Notes under the pieces: generated by a model
Seen by the model: the letters and a program-made list of their open reading frames with translations, nothing else
Database searches by the model: none
What the model was told of the DNA's origin: nothing
Translations under genes and position numbers: made by a program
Part shown: piece by piece, positions 26,280 through 34,870 of the stretch
Layout of the letters: every line of letters begins with the position of its first letter
How positions within the stretch are numbered: the stretch's first letter is position 1
Assembly: GCA_041663185.1 (NCBI GenBank)
Contig: JBAZQY010000002.1
Span: 152,496 to 216,495 of the forward strand
From: Minisyncoccota bacterium
Lineage (GTDB): Bacteria; Patescibacteriota; Minisyncoccia; Phycocordibacterales; UBA9973
Length of the DNA stretch: 64,000 nt
Direction: 5' to 3'

Positions 26280-26873
26280 CTACTGTCCTTTTTCTTTGAA
26301 GTATCTCTCGATATTTATTTTGTACCATTCCGGAGGAATTTTCTCCTTGAACCAGATACTGTTTTCATAATTATCCAGCTCCATTACAACTTTGTAAATT
26401 AGAGTGACCATGAATACTACAGAGAATACTGAAATTCCGCCAATCCATGCACTTGAGAAAGGGAAGAACATAACAAAGAAAACAAAAACGAAAGTTATTC
26501 CAGCTACCGGTAAATGAATTAATATTGGCAGCTGTTCATCTCGGTAGAGTAAGAAAGTTTCCAGGTCATTTTTTACCACAGCTTTTGAAACAATTTTATA
26601 CTCGTCCAGAACCTTATTCACAGCATATCCCGCAAAGATGACGTAGGTAAATGCTGAGAACATCAGGGAGATGAAAAGTATTGCATTTTCGTCTTCTTTG
26701 GGAAAGCTCCAGTCGAAGTGATAAATTGTCATCCCCCATACAAGCGCGGATATAATTCCGGCATAAATAGATTTTGTCACGACAGGGCTATGCCGTTTAA
26801 TTGTGACCCACTTTCTGTTGTGAGGAATATAATTCCTCGCATGTTTCGGTTTCGAAGTTTTTGAAGGATCCAT
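26280..26873 (-). CDS. integral membrane hypothetical protein (about 4 TM helices)
   Basis: Multiple hydrophobic helices and a clean ORF. Confidence 0.55.
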   Translation of the reverse strand: MDPSKTSKPKHARNYIPHNRKWVTIKRHSPVVTKSIYAGIISALVWGMTIYHFDWSFPKEDENAILFISLMFSAFTYVIFAGYAVNKVLDEYKIVSKAVVKNDLETFLLYRDEQLPILIHLPVAGITFVFVFFVMFFPFSSAWIGGISVFSVVFMVTLIYKVVMELDNYENSIWFKEKIPPEWYKINIERYFKEKGQ

Positions 26874-27017
26874 TTTTTCTAATATTTAGATTTAATGATA
26901 TTTTTCGATAAGATATTATCATGAGATGAGATGTTTGTCAATATGGTTTGAAAATACAAGTGAAGGGGAGTATGATTGAAGGGTAATTAAAAATTAAGAA
27001 TTTGGAAGATAATATAT

Positions 27018-27416
27018 ATGGAGAATTTTCAGATAAAAAATATTTTTGATAATATTTCAAAAGGCGAAATGGATCAAGTCGCCGGGATAAAAATCACTCA
27101 TTTGGCTGGCGGAGAAGATTTGAGTTTTTATTTGGCCGAAATAGAATCACATAAAAAGATCAATGCACATTACCACGCAGATGGTACTGAAATCTATCAA
27201 ATATTCGAAGGTTCCGGAGAGATTCGGATTAGTAAAAATGAAAATACGAATCATTGGGATATTAAAAAAATAGTAAAGAAAGGGGACTGCTTTTCGGTAC
27301 AAGAAGGCGAAGTCCATCAATTAGTAAATACCGGAGAAGAAAAACTCATTTTACTTTTCGCTTGCCCGAAATCCCATTTATCAAACGATAGAACCGTGGT
27401 TGCGATAGAAAATTAG
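27018..27416 (+). CDS. cupin domain protein
   Basis: Two-His cupin motif 1 (HYHADGTEIYQIFEGSGEI) and motif 2 (GEVHQLVNTGEE). Confidence 0.65.
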   Translation: MENFQIKNIFDNISKGEMDQVAGIKITHLAGGEDLSFYLAEIESHKKINAHYHADGTEIYQIFEGSGEIRISKNENTNHWDIKKIVKKGDCFSVQEGEVHQLVNTGEEKLILLFACPKSHLSNDRTVVAIEN

Positions 27417-27514
27417 AAATAACAAATAAACCCAAGGGTTGTAAAAATTGTATTTTTTTGTTATTTTAAGTGAGTAATAATTCGTAATTCCTAATTGGTA
27501 ACTATTAATTATTT

Positions 27515-27580
27515 TGGCCCCATCGTCTAACGGTTAGGACATCGCCTTTGAAAGGTTGAAGTTTGGGATGGGACCCAAAC
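27515..27580 (+). pseudogene. degenerate tRNA-like element: exact copy of the first 33 nt of the downstream tRNA-Glu, then diverged
   Basis: GGCCCCATCGTCTAACGGTTAGGACATCGCCTT is identical to 27709-27741. The following sequence does not form a canonical anticodon/T-arm/acceptor (a GTTTGGG/CCCAAAC hairpin replaces them). Confidence 0.4.
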
Positions 27581-27708
27581 AAAAAACCTGTGATAGTATT
27601 ATATGAGTTATAACGAAATAGAATACAGAACAGGTGTACTGCTTCTGTAAGAAGGTAAATTCTGAGGTCGATTCGAATCGAACTTTGATTAAAATAAAAT
27701 AAAAAATT

Positions 27709-27780
27709 TGGCCCCATCGTCTAACGGTTAGGACATCGCCTTCTCAAGGCGGTAATCAGAGTTCGATTCTCTGTGGGGTC
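27709..27780 (+). tRNA. tRNA-Glu (anticodon CTC)
   Basis: A 72-nt cloverleaf was folded by hand. It has a 7-bp acceptor stem (GGCCCCA/TGGGGTC), a D arm (GTCT..GGAC), an anticodon stem TCGCC/GGCGG with loop TTCTCAA, and a T arm CAGAG-TTCGATT-CTCTG. No CCA is encoded. Confidence 0.8.
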
Positions 27781-27832
27781 ACAAACGCGGTATTCAAAAA
27801 GAGTGCACTTCTGCACTCTTTTTCGCGTTTGT
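27781..27832 (+). terminator. nested hairpin terminator after the tRNA
   Basis: caaacgcg...aagagtgca-cttc-tgcactctt-ttt...cgcgtttg. Confidence 0.5.
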
Positions 27833-28032
27833 GAAGACGGAAGCATATTTTTCTAGTAAGAAAAATAGCTGAGTCCGGGGCTGGAAAATTTGCTTTTGAC
27901 GAAAAGCAAATTATTGTGGCTCACATAGATTATGCATGCGAAGCATACAAAATTTATTTTAACGTTGGAGTTTGAGAAAATTAAAAAGCCACTACTATAA
28001 TTCGTGGCTTATTTTAGCAACCTACGGACACG

Positions 28033-28386
28033 TTAATTTTTCGAGATAACCTCCAGCAAGGGTTTGAGTCTTTCGGAGCGCTGAAGTTTTACTGTCCATT
28101 CGGTTTTTTCTTCAGGGTTTAATTTCCTGTATCCCTTAATTCCCACATGCTTTCCCTTGACCTTTTCGTTGGAAATATATAACCGGTCTGTCCAGACGTC
28201 ACTTACAGGATAGGGAATTTTAGAGTTTTCCAGTAAATCCACCAGCTTGAAACCAAGCAACATCGTAGCGCCAGTAATTGATCCAACTTCCTTTTGCTTT
28301 ACAAAATATGGTTCTTTACGACCATCTTCAAACTCAATCAAAATGATAGAGTTCTCATCAATTTCTGAATGAATTAAGTATTTCAT
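28033..28386 (-). CDS. hypothetical protein (117 aa)
   Basis: Clean ORF at the edge of the defence island, with no motif recognised. Confidence 0.5.
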   Translation of the reverse strand: MKYLIHSEIDENSIILIEFEDGRKEPYFVKQKEVGSITGATMLLGFKLVDLLENSKIPYPVSDVWTDRLYISNEKVKGKHVGIKGYRKLNPEEKTEWTVKLQRSERLKPLLEVISKN

Positions 28387-28516
28387 TTTGTGAGAATTTA
28401 GTTAAACACTTTTTTCTTCACATTACCTCATATTTCGTATTTTGGCAAGATAGGGAAGTAAATACCCATATATTCTTTACAATTTGATTCCAATTTTGTC
28501 CCACCTGAGGTTCATC

Positions 28517-28545
28517 TAACGGGAATAGCAAGAACCGTTCTTGCT
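28517..28545. promoter_or_regulatory. 29-bp near-perfect palindrome upstream of the C-protein gene (candidate C-box/operator)
   Basis: gaatagcaagaac-c-gttcttgctattc, with 13-nt arms perfectly complementary. It lies about 70 nt upstream of the preferred C-gene start, between divergent genes, so it is not a terminator. Confidence 0.4.
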
Positions 28546-28617
28546 ATTCAGGGGGTTTGGTGAGGAATGCGGGGGCGACCCTGTATTGTATTATATGGCA
28601 ATTTGGAATATTACGCA

Positions 28618-28860
28618 ATGGAATATTATAATAATCTTATGCCTAGAGCAATATATACAAAAGACCATAATGAAATTGTTAAGCGCTTAGTAAAAGCACG
28701 ACTAGAGTCTGGACTAGGACAAGTTGAAGTTGCTAAAAAATTAGGGAAAACTCAATCATATCTTTCTAAAATAGAATCCGGACAAAGAAGATTTGATGTT
28801 TTGCAATTAAAAGAATTTGCAAAACTTTATAAAAAACCATTAGACTATTTTGTTAAATAA
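28618..28860 (+). CDS. restriction-modification controller (C) protein, XRE-family HTH
   Basis: About 80 aa from the in-frame ATG at 28618 (MEYYNNLMPRAIY...). HTH_XRE pattern: GLGQVEVAKKLGKTQSYLSKIESGQR. Its 3' end overlaps the next gene, as in C-R operons. The track start at 28567 is an alternative. Confidence 0.7.
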   Translation: MEYYNNLMPRAIYTKDHNEIVKRLVKARLESGLGQVEVAKKLGKTQSYLSKIESGQRRFDVLQLKEFAKLYKKPLDYFVK

Positions 28861-28864
28861 ATAT

Positions 28865-29428
28865 ATGAAAAAAAATAAAATTACTGTAACGATTAATAAG
28901 AAACAAATCAAGCTTGATATCTTAAAAATAGAAAGCTCTGATAAAGCTAAATTACGAACAATATTTAAGCGTTGGTTGGAACTTAGTAATTTACTTAAAA
29001 GTCTTGGTTCAAGAGGGGTAAATATACCAGAAGGACTTACAGAAAGTTTATTTTGCTTGGAAATGAATTCTGCTAGGGTTATTAAAGCATATAATTCAAA
29101 AGGTTCATTTGATACAATCAACAGGAATAATAATAAAAGACAACAGGTAAAGGCAACAAGTAGTAGTGGTCCTACTTCATTTGGACCAAATTCTTTTTGG
29201 GATGAAAATGAGTTATATTTAATGGATTTTGTTGGAAAGGATGGAATAATAGATGGAACTTTTAGTATTTATAGAATTCTTGATAAATATATTTATCTCT
29301 CTAAGGTAAATAAAACTGAAAGATTATCAGATCAACAGGCCCAAAAAAGAAGACCCAGGATGGATTTAAGGAAAGATGTTGTAATAAAATACAAATTAAA
29401 ACCAATTAAAAAAGGTTCTATCGTTTAG
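28865..29428 (+). CDS. candidate type II restriction endonuclease (small, basic, no recognisable fold)
   Basis: 187 aa directly after and overlapping the C gene, and convergent with the methyltransferase. The assignment is positional inference only. Confidence 0.35.
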   Translation: MKKNKITVTINKKQIKLDILKIESSDKAKLRTIFKRWLELSNLLKSLGSRGVNIPEGLTESLFCLEMNSARVIKAYNSKGSFDTINRNNNKRQQVKATSSSGPTSFGPNSFWDENELYLMDFVGKDGIIDGTFSIYRILDKYIYLSKVNKTERLSDQQAQKRRPRMDLRKDVVIKYKLKPIKKGSIV

Positions 29429-31006
29429 TTACTCCATTGCTTTCATCATCTGTTTAGCCACAGCTTCTACTACTGGAACACTCACAGAGTTTCCAAATTG
29501 TTTATACAATGCAGAATCTGCTAAAGGAGGTAATTTAAAACTATTTGGAAATCCTTGTATTCTTGAACACTCAAGGGGTGTTAATTTTCTTATTCCTTTC
29601 TTATCTTTAATTATCGGAACATTGTGTCCACCCATTCCCATGTTAGCTGTAAGTGTAGGGCAAACTCCACTTTTATTCTCTCTGACATATTGTCTTCTCC
29701 ATTGATATACTTTTCCTTCTTCTTTTACATCTTTTTTTAGTTTTTCAAAAAGAGGCTTTCCGTTGTAATAGTATTTCTCAGAAACATTTTTCTCTAATAA
29801 ATCAGTAATTTTTACATTAAGTTTAATAGGCTCAGGAAATGTAAATTTATCTGAATACTCTTTATTTTTAAACCCAACGATATATATACGTTCACGATTT
29901 TGAGGGACATTACCATATTCCATTGTATTTAATACTTTTGCTTTAACATGATATCCTAAATCTTTTAGAGTTTCTTCAATTATTCTAAATGTGTTGCCTT
30001 CGTCATGGCTTTTTAGATTTTTTACATTTTCAAGTAAAAATCCTTCTGGATTTTTTGCTTTAATAATTTTGGCTATATCAAAGAATAAATTACCTCTATT
30101 TTTTGGATCATCAAATCCTTTACGATATCCTGCAATAGAAAAAGCCTGACAAGGGAAACCTCCTAATATAAAATCAAATTCTGGTAAATCATTAATCCCT
30201 ATTTTTCTTATATCTTCAACTATCAATTTTGAATCTTTAAAATTAAGATCATATGTTTGCTTACAGGGTGCATCAAAATCATTTGCAAAAACTGTTTTAA
30301 ATCCTGCATTTTCAAATCCCATTCTTATGCCACCTATTCCAGCAAATAGATCTATTGTTTTAAATCCGTGTTTTGTTTTCTTTTGAGGTTTTACTTCCTG
30401 TTCTATTTTTGGATTACTTATAATCTGAACAACTACACCACGAACTTCAACTTCTTTTCTGTAAAAAGGAAGCATTGATTGATTCCTAGGTTCTAGTCTA
30501 AATCTATTTTTATCTCGATATAGTTTTTTTAATGTTGCTTCATTGTCGTCAATAATAGCAACTACGGTTTGTCCGTTTTCAGCCACTGATTGCTTTTTTA
30601 TTATTACAATATCCCCATTAAATATTCCTTCTTCTATCATACTGTCTCCTTGGACTCTTAGTGCATAATAATCTTTAGGACTTTTAATATTTGAGTTAAT
30701 TATTGAAATGGCATCTTGTTTATCTTCAATCGCTTCTATTGGATAACCTGCTGCGATAGTTCCCATAACTGGTATTTCAATGATTTGAAAATTTTCTTTA
30801 TTAGTTTCTATACTTCTTGATAAATTATCAGACTTTGAAATGTAGCCTTTTTCTTTTAAAGCGTTTACATGTTCATGTACAGTAGAAATTGCTTTTAATT
30901 TAAATTTCTTTCGTATCTCGTCATTAGTAGGAGATATACCATTTTCATTGATATATGAGTTAATAAAATCCAGTATTAATTTTTGTTTTTTTGTTAGTGT
31001 TTGCAT
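29429..31006 (-). CDS. LexA repressor (HTH + S24 peptidase) fused to a DNA (cytosine-5)-methyltransferase
   Basis: N-terminus: MQTLTKKQKLILDFI..ISPTNDEIRKKF..ISTVHEHVNALKEKGYI (LexA DNA-binding domain), Ala-Gly site (IAAGYP), S24 catalytic Ser (VQGDSM) and Lys (EATLKKLYR). C-terminus: m5C-MTase motifs I (DLFAGIGGIRMGF), IV (GGFPCQAFS), VI (ENVKNL), VIII (QNRERIYIVG), IX (RKLTPLECSRIQGFP) and X (QFGNSV). The track ORF extends 21 codons upstream to 31069. The ATG at 31004-31006 matches the canonical LexA start. Confidence 0.85.
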   Translation of the reverse strand: MQTLTKKQKLILDFINSYINENGISPTNDEIRKKFKLKAISTVHEHVNALKEKGYISKSDNLSRSIETNKENFQIIEIPVMGTIAAGYPIEAIEDKQDAISIINSNIKSPKDYYALRVQGDSMIEEGIFNGDIVIIKKQSVAENGQTVVAIIDDNEATLKKLYRDKNRFRLEPRNQSMLPFYRKEVEVRGVVVQIISNPKIEQEVKPQKKTKHGFKTIDLFAGIGGIRMGFENAGFKTVFANDFDAPCKQTYDLNFKDSKLIVEDIRKIGINDLPEFDFILGGFPCQAFSIAGYRKGFDDPKNRGNLFFDIAKIIKAKNPEGFLLENVKNLKSHDEGNTFRIIEETLKDLGYHVKAKVLNTMEYGNVPQNRERIYIVGFKNKEYSDKFTFPEPIKLNVKITDLLEKNVSEKYYYNGKPLFEKLKKDVKEEGKVYQWRRQYVRENKSGVCPTLTANMGMGGHNVPIIKDKKGIRKLTPLECSRIQGFPNSFKLPPLADSALYKQFGNSVSVPVVEAVAKQMMKAME

Positions 31007-31137
31007 ATTGCTAAATAATATATGTTTTGCTACAATTCTATTATAACCGAATATATACCGAAAGTGCAAGCAGTTACCTATAGATATTATAAATAACTGT
31101 TACAAGTCGAAATTTATTAAAAAATAAAACGATTTTT

Positions 31138-32040
31138 ATGTCATCAATTATTCAAGATTTACAAATTGAAGCTACAGATCAAAGTAACTCATGCTCAGAT
31201 TTATTAAGAAAAGCGAAGATTGTTGCTGTTAAACTCGATTTAGAAGAGTTTGCAGAGTGGATAGAAAAAGAATTAAATGGATACAAAGGTTTCTCAAATA
31301 AAGACCTCCCAGATTATAGAATAGTAAGTGGAGAACCAAAAGCTTGGAATCCATATCATGGCTGGCAACCTATTTTGTTTGGTGATACAGAGGCTGGAGA
31401 TATCATGGCAAAAAGAGGCGTAATGCAACCCATCGGTGAACTTGATGATCTTGCAAAAACAGATTCAAGTACTTTCATGATTGATTACAATACTTCTGCC
31501 AAAAAACAAATAATGGAGGCTATTGGCTTTGAAACAGATATAAAATTTATGATAGGTAGAACTGCCGTTACTGGGATCTTGGATGGTGTACGAAATTTAA
31601 TACTTGATTGGGCTTTAAGATTAGAAAAGGCAGGTGTAGCAGGAGAAGGTATTTCTTTTTCTAAAGAAGATAAAGAGAGAGCAAAAATAACTGGTGATAT
31701 CTATAATGTAGGTCATATCGAAAATTTTGCTGGTACATTAGGAAATGTGTCTGATGATGTTACTCTTAATGTTCATCAAATTAATACGAAATCAATAGAA
31801 GAAATAAAAAAATTAACTGATCAAATTAATAAATATACCCCAGATATTGACTTACCAATAGAAAGAAAAAGTGAAGTTAATGATATAGTTACAGAATTAA
31901 AGAATGAGCTTTCTAAAAAATCACCGGAACAATCCAATATAAAATTGGCATTAAGGTCGTTAAAAACTATTTTTGAAGCTGTAGCAGGAAATGTTATTGC
32001 ACAAGGTATTATTGTTGAGATTAGTAAGTATATTCACTAA
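31138..32040 (+). CDS. AbiTii-like abortive infection protein
   Basis: The N-terminal pattern IIQDLQIEATD..CSDLLRKAKIVAVKLDLEEFAEWIEKELNGY resembles the AbiTii family signature. This is recalled from memory rather than searched. Confidence 0.55.
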   Translation: MSSIIQDLQIEATDQSNSCSDLLRKAKIVAVKLDLEEFAEWIEKELNGYKGFSNKDLPDYRIVSGEPKAWNPYHGWQPILFGDTEAGDIMAKRGVMQPIGELDDLAKTDSSTFMIDYNTSAKKQIMEAIGFETDIKFMIGRTAVTGILDGVRNLILDWALRLEKAGVAGEGISFSKEDKERAKITGDIYNVGHIENFAGTLGNVSDDVTLNVHQINTKSIEEIKKLTDQINKYTPDIDLPIERKSEVNDIVTELKNELSKKSPEQSNIKLALRSLKTIFEAVAGNVIAQGIIVEISKYIH

Positions 32041-32044
32041 TTAA

Positions 32045-32689
32045 ATGAAATCCATAAAAGATTTTATCAATTTATTAAATCAAAACCTTGGCTTAATTCA
32101 AGCAATTTCAACAATTATACTTGTCATTATTACAGCATGGTATGCTATTTCTACTAAACGAATGGCAAATTTAATGAGAGCACAAATAACATCTAAAATT
32201 AAGATAGAAAATACATCAATAGGTTCACAGTTTAATGAAGATTGGATATTAAAACACGGTTTTGATAAAAATAGTTTCTTAACAATAAAAGCTATTTTTG
32301 ATATCAGAAATGAAGGAAATGCCTCAGGTAGTATTTATAAACCGTCTTTAGAGATTAGTCTTCCTGTAATTAATTTATCTTTTAAAATTGGTCCAAAAAC
32401 TAAATCCTATGAAGATTATAATTTTAAATCAAATGGCAATATGACTTCTTATGATACTAGAACGATAAATCATGGAACTTCAATATTTTTGCAAGGCGGT
32501 GGTTCAGAAAGAATAGAACTTAATTATCACTTTGACATCAATACAGATGATAAGCTAAATTTTACAAATGAAGCTAAAAAGAATCCGTCTAATATTAAAT
32601 ATTATTTAATTACAATCGATAATTTTGGAAGAGAACATAAGATTTTAGTTTCTGATATAAAAGAAGAAAGAAATTTTGGACTTAAATAA
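32045..32689 (+). CDS. membrane-anchored partner protein of the AbiTii-like gene (N-terminal TM, beta-rich body)
   Basis: Separated from the upstream gene by 4 nt. The TM helix is LGLIQAISTIILVIITAWYAIS. Confidence 0.45.
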   Translation: MKSIKDFINLLNQNLGLIQAISTIILVIITAWYAISTKRMANLMRAQITSKIKIENTSIGSQFNEDWILKHGFDKNSFLTIKAIFDIRNEGNASGSIYKPSLEISLPVINLSFKIGPKTKSYEDYNFKSNGNMTSYDTRTINHGTSIFLQGGGSERIELNYHFDINTDDKLNFTNEAKKNPSNIKYYLITIDNFGREHKILVSDIKEERNFGLK

Positions 32690-32696
32690 TACATAA

Positions 32697-32731
32697 AAAG
32701 AAAGCTCCCAAAGAAAGCGGGAGCTTTCTTT
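32697..32731. terminator. bidirectional hairpin terminator (13-bp stem)
   Basis: aaagaaagctccc-aaagaaagc-gggagctttcttt between convergent genes. Confidence 0.6.
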
Positions 32732-32748
32732 GGGAGCGATGTTTTAAT

Positions 32749-33402
32749 TTACTTCGTAACTAACCATGCACGTGACCAGATTCGGCAAATGTGATAATAG
32801 TCATTTTCAAGCATGAAACCGAAAGACAATTCTTCGCGCATGAAATGTCCATCTCCACCAAAAAGTCCACTGAGTCCTTTTTCTTTGTCTTGCGTAAATG
32901 AAGTACCCCAACGCTTACGTTCACTTTCGATAAATAGCCAGAGAGTTTCTACGACGGTCATTTGTTGATCAACGAAATTATCATATTCGTTTTCGTCTTT
33001 TATTGCACCGAACAAATAACGCAATCCAAATTTGGGAACAACCCTAATTTGCGTAATATAACCATCTTTGCCTGGTTTTTCAGATTCAGCACCAAATAAT
33101 GCAAAATCTTTTCCTGGATTAACAACCTGAGCAGATTGAATATCCATTATGCGCACCAAAGCTTCAAAGTCTGCTTTTGTAATGGAGTTATCGAAATAAA
33201 CAATTCCTCCACAAGCATCTTGTTCTGGGGCTCCTAAAAATGGATTCCCGTCATTTCTTTTTTGATAACCATAAAAACTGTTACCCATTGGAGCAAATTT
33301 TGAAAGATCTCCTGGTTCAACTTTAAGTTTATTATCGGAATAGATTAGTGGTGAAATACGAACTTTATCACCCATGTCAAAAATAATTCTTGTCGTTTCC
33401 AT
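32749..33402 (-). CDS. hypothetical protein (217 aa)
   Basis: Clean ORF on the minus strand at the right edge of the defence island, with no motif recognised. Confidence 0.5.
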   Translation of the reverse strand: METTRIIFDMGDKVRISPLIYSDNKLKVEPGDLSKFAPMGNSFYGYQKRNDGNPFLGAPEQDACGGIVYFDNSITKADFEALVRIMDIQSAQVVNPGKDFALFGAESEKPGKDGYITQIRVVPKFGLRYLFGAIKDENEYDNFVDQQMTVVETLWLFIESERKRWGTSFTQDKEKGLSGLFGGDGHFMREELSFGFMLENDYYHICRIWSRAWLVTK

Positions 33403-33579
33403 GTTAATAACATTTTAGATTTAATTGATTATCACAAAAGACTTTTATAAATCTTCTCTAATAATCAATCAAATCTAATTTCAAAGAACTAACCTTATCT
33501 ATACATTATACTCCTTTTTGAGTTAAATGTCAAGCTCTGAAACCCCCTATATTTAAGCCCTATTTGTTATAATCTATAT

Positions 33580-34137
33580 ATGTCAGATGAAATCACACCA
33601 AAGGAAGAAGTAACGGTAGAAGCTCCAATTGAGCCTGTTCCCGCTTCTGTAAAAGACTCCAGCGAGGCAATGTCTGAGCCTATAGAAACTATTCCCTCAG
33701 AACCAGAGATTCCAGCTGTTGAACCAAAACCAACTCTAAATTCCACTATGGAATCGGGTGCAACGGCTCAAATACCAGGAAATGAGCCGTTGGACACACC
33801 AGAGGAGAAACCTCTGGCTCCGTCTGAACCTAAAAAAGAAATCCCATTAGAGCCAACGAGTCCACAAGTGAACCCTGCCTCTAATGGGACAGGGAAAAAT
33901 CTAGCTCGTGAGTTACTTGTACAAGCTAAAAATGCAATCCAATCTAGAAAAAGAAAAAAGTTGGATAAAATTATGACTTTGTTTGCGAAGCAAACAAAGA
34001 TAACAAACGACGAAGTTGAGAAACTTCTTCATGTCTCGGATGCAACAGCAACTCGGTATTTATCGCAACTAGAAAAAGAAGGAAAAATAAAACAAAACGG
34101 AAAAATAGGAAAATCTGTATTTTATTTCAGAATTTAA
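33580..34137 (+). CDS. Pro/Glu/Ser-rich protein with a C-terminal winged-helix DNA-binding domain
   Basis: Low-complexity PE-rich N-terminal half. The C-terminus reads KITNDEVEKLLHVSDATATRYLSQLEKEGKIKQNGKIGKSVFY, which is wHTH-like. Confidence 0.5.
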   Translation: MSDEITPKEEVTVEAPIEPVPASVKDSSEAMSEPIETIPSEPEIPAVEPKPTLNSTMESGATAQIPGNEPLDTPEEKPLAPSEPKKEIPLEPTSPQVNPASNGTGKNLARELLVQAKNAIQSRKRKKLDKIMTLFAKQTKITNDEVEKLLHVSDATATRYLSQLEKEGKIKQNGKIGKSVFYFRI

Positions 34138-34180
34138 TTTCAGTCTTTAAATACTAATCTTTTCGTGTTATAATCAATAA

Positions 34181-34870
34181 ATGCAGGATTTAGGAACACT
34201 ATATATCGTGGCGACGCCGATTGGGAATATGGAAGATATTACTCTTAGGGCAATTCGGGTGCTGAAGGAGGTGGATTATATTTTGTGTGAAGACACTCGG
34301 ACGACGCAGAATTTACTGAATAAATATGACATTAAAACAAAAACGATGAGTTACAATACTCATAGCACTGAAAACAAAGAATCGGTTGTTATTAATTTGA
34401 TAAAGGCTGGGCAAAGTTTTGCCCTAGTGTCTGATGCTGGAACTCCTTGTATATCTGATCCGGGAGTCCTTCTGATATCTAATATAAGAAAAGAATTTGG
34501 AAAAGAGGCCAAAGTCTCGCCAATTCCTGGACCAAGCGCTTTGATCTCGGCACTTTCAGCCAGTGGTATTTCATCGGCGGAATTTATTTTTCTTGGTTTT
34601 CTGCCACACAAAAAGGGGAGGCAAAAATTATTTAAAGAAATAAAAGAAACGGATAGAGTAGTAGTTTTTTATGAATCAACTCATCGAATTTTGAAAACTC
34701 TTGAATCGCTCGATACTTTTGTCCCCAAAAGAGAAGTCATGATTGCTCGCGAAATTACAAAAAAGTTTGAAGAATTTGTCAAAGGGACACCAAAAGAATT
34801 ATTGGAACATCTTAATAGTGATAAAGATAAGCAAAAGGGGGAGTTTGTCGTGATTGTTTCTCCTTCATAA
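34181..34870 (+). CDS. rsmI: 16S rRNA (cytidine1402-2'-O)-methyltransferase RsmI
   Basis: Tetrapyrrole-methylase-fold N-terminus GTLYIVATPIGNMEDITLRAIRVLKEVDYILCEDTR. Confidence 0.85.
   Translation: MQDLGTLYIVATPIGNMEDITLRAIRVLKEVDYILCEDTRTTQNLLNKYDIKTKTMSYNTHSTENKESVVINLIKAGQSFALVSDAGTPCISDPGVLLISNIRKEFGKEAKVSPIPGPSALISALSASGISSAEFIFLGFLPHKKGRQKLFKEIKETDRVVVFYESTHRILKTLESLDTFVPKREVMIAREITKKFEEFVKGTPKELLEHLNSDKDKQKGEFVVIVSPS

Noticed and set aside
31007-31137. CCGAA-N7-CCGAA direct repeat and a CTGTTACAAG segment upstream of the LexA-MTase gene as a possible SOS box
   Set aside because: It does not match any established LexA box consensus (CGAACN4GTTCG, CTGTN8ACAG or GTTCN7GTTC) closely enough. 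It is kept only as a place to look, not as a feature.
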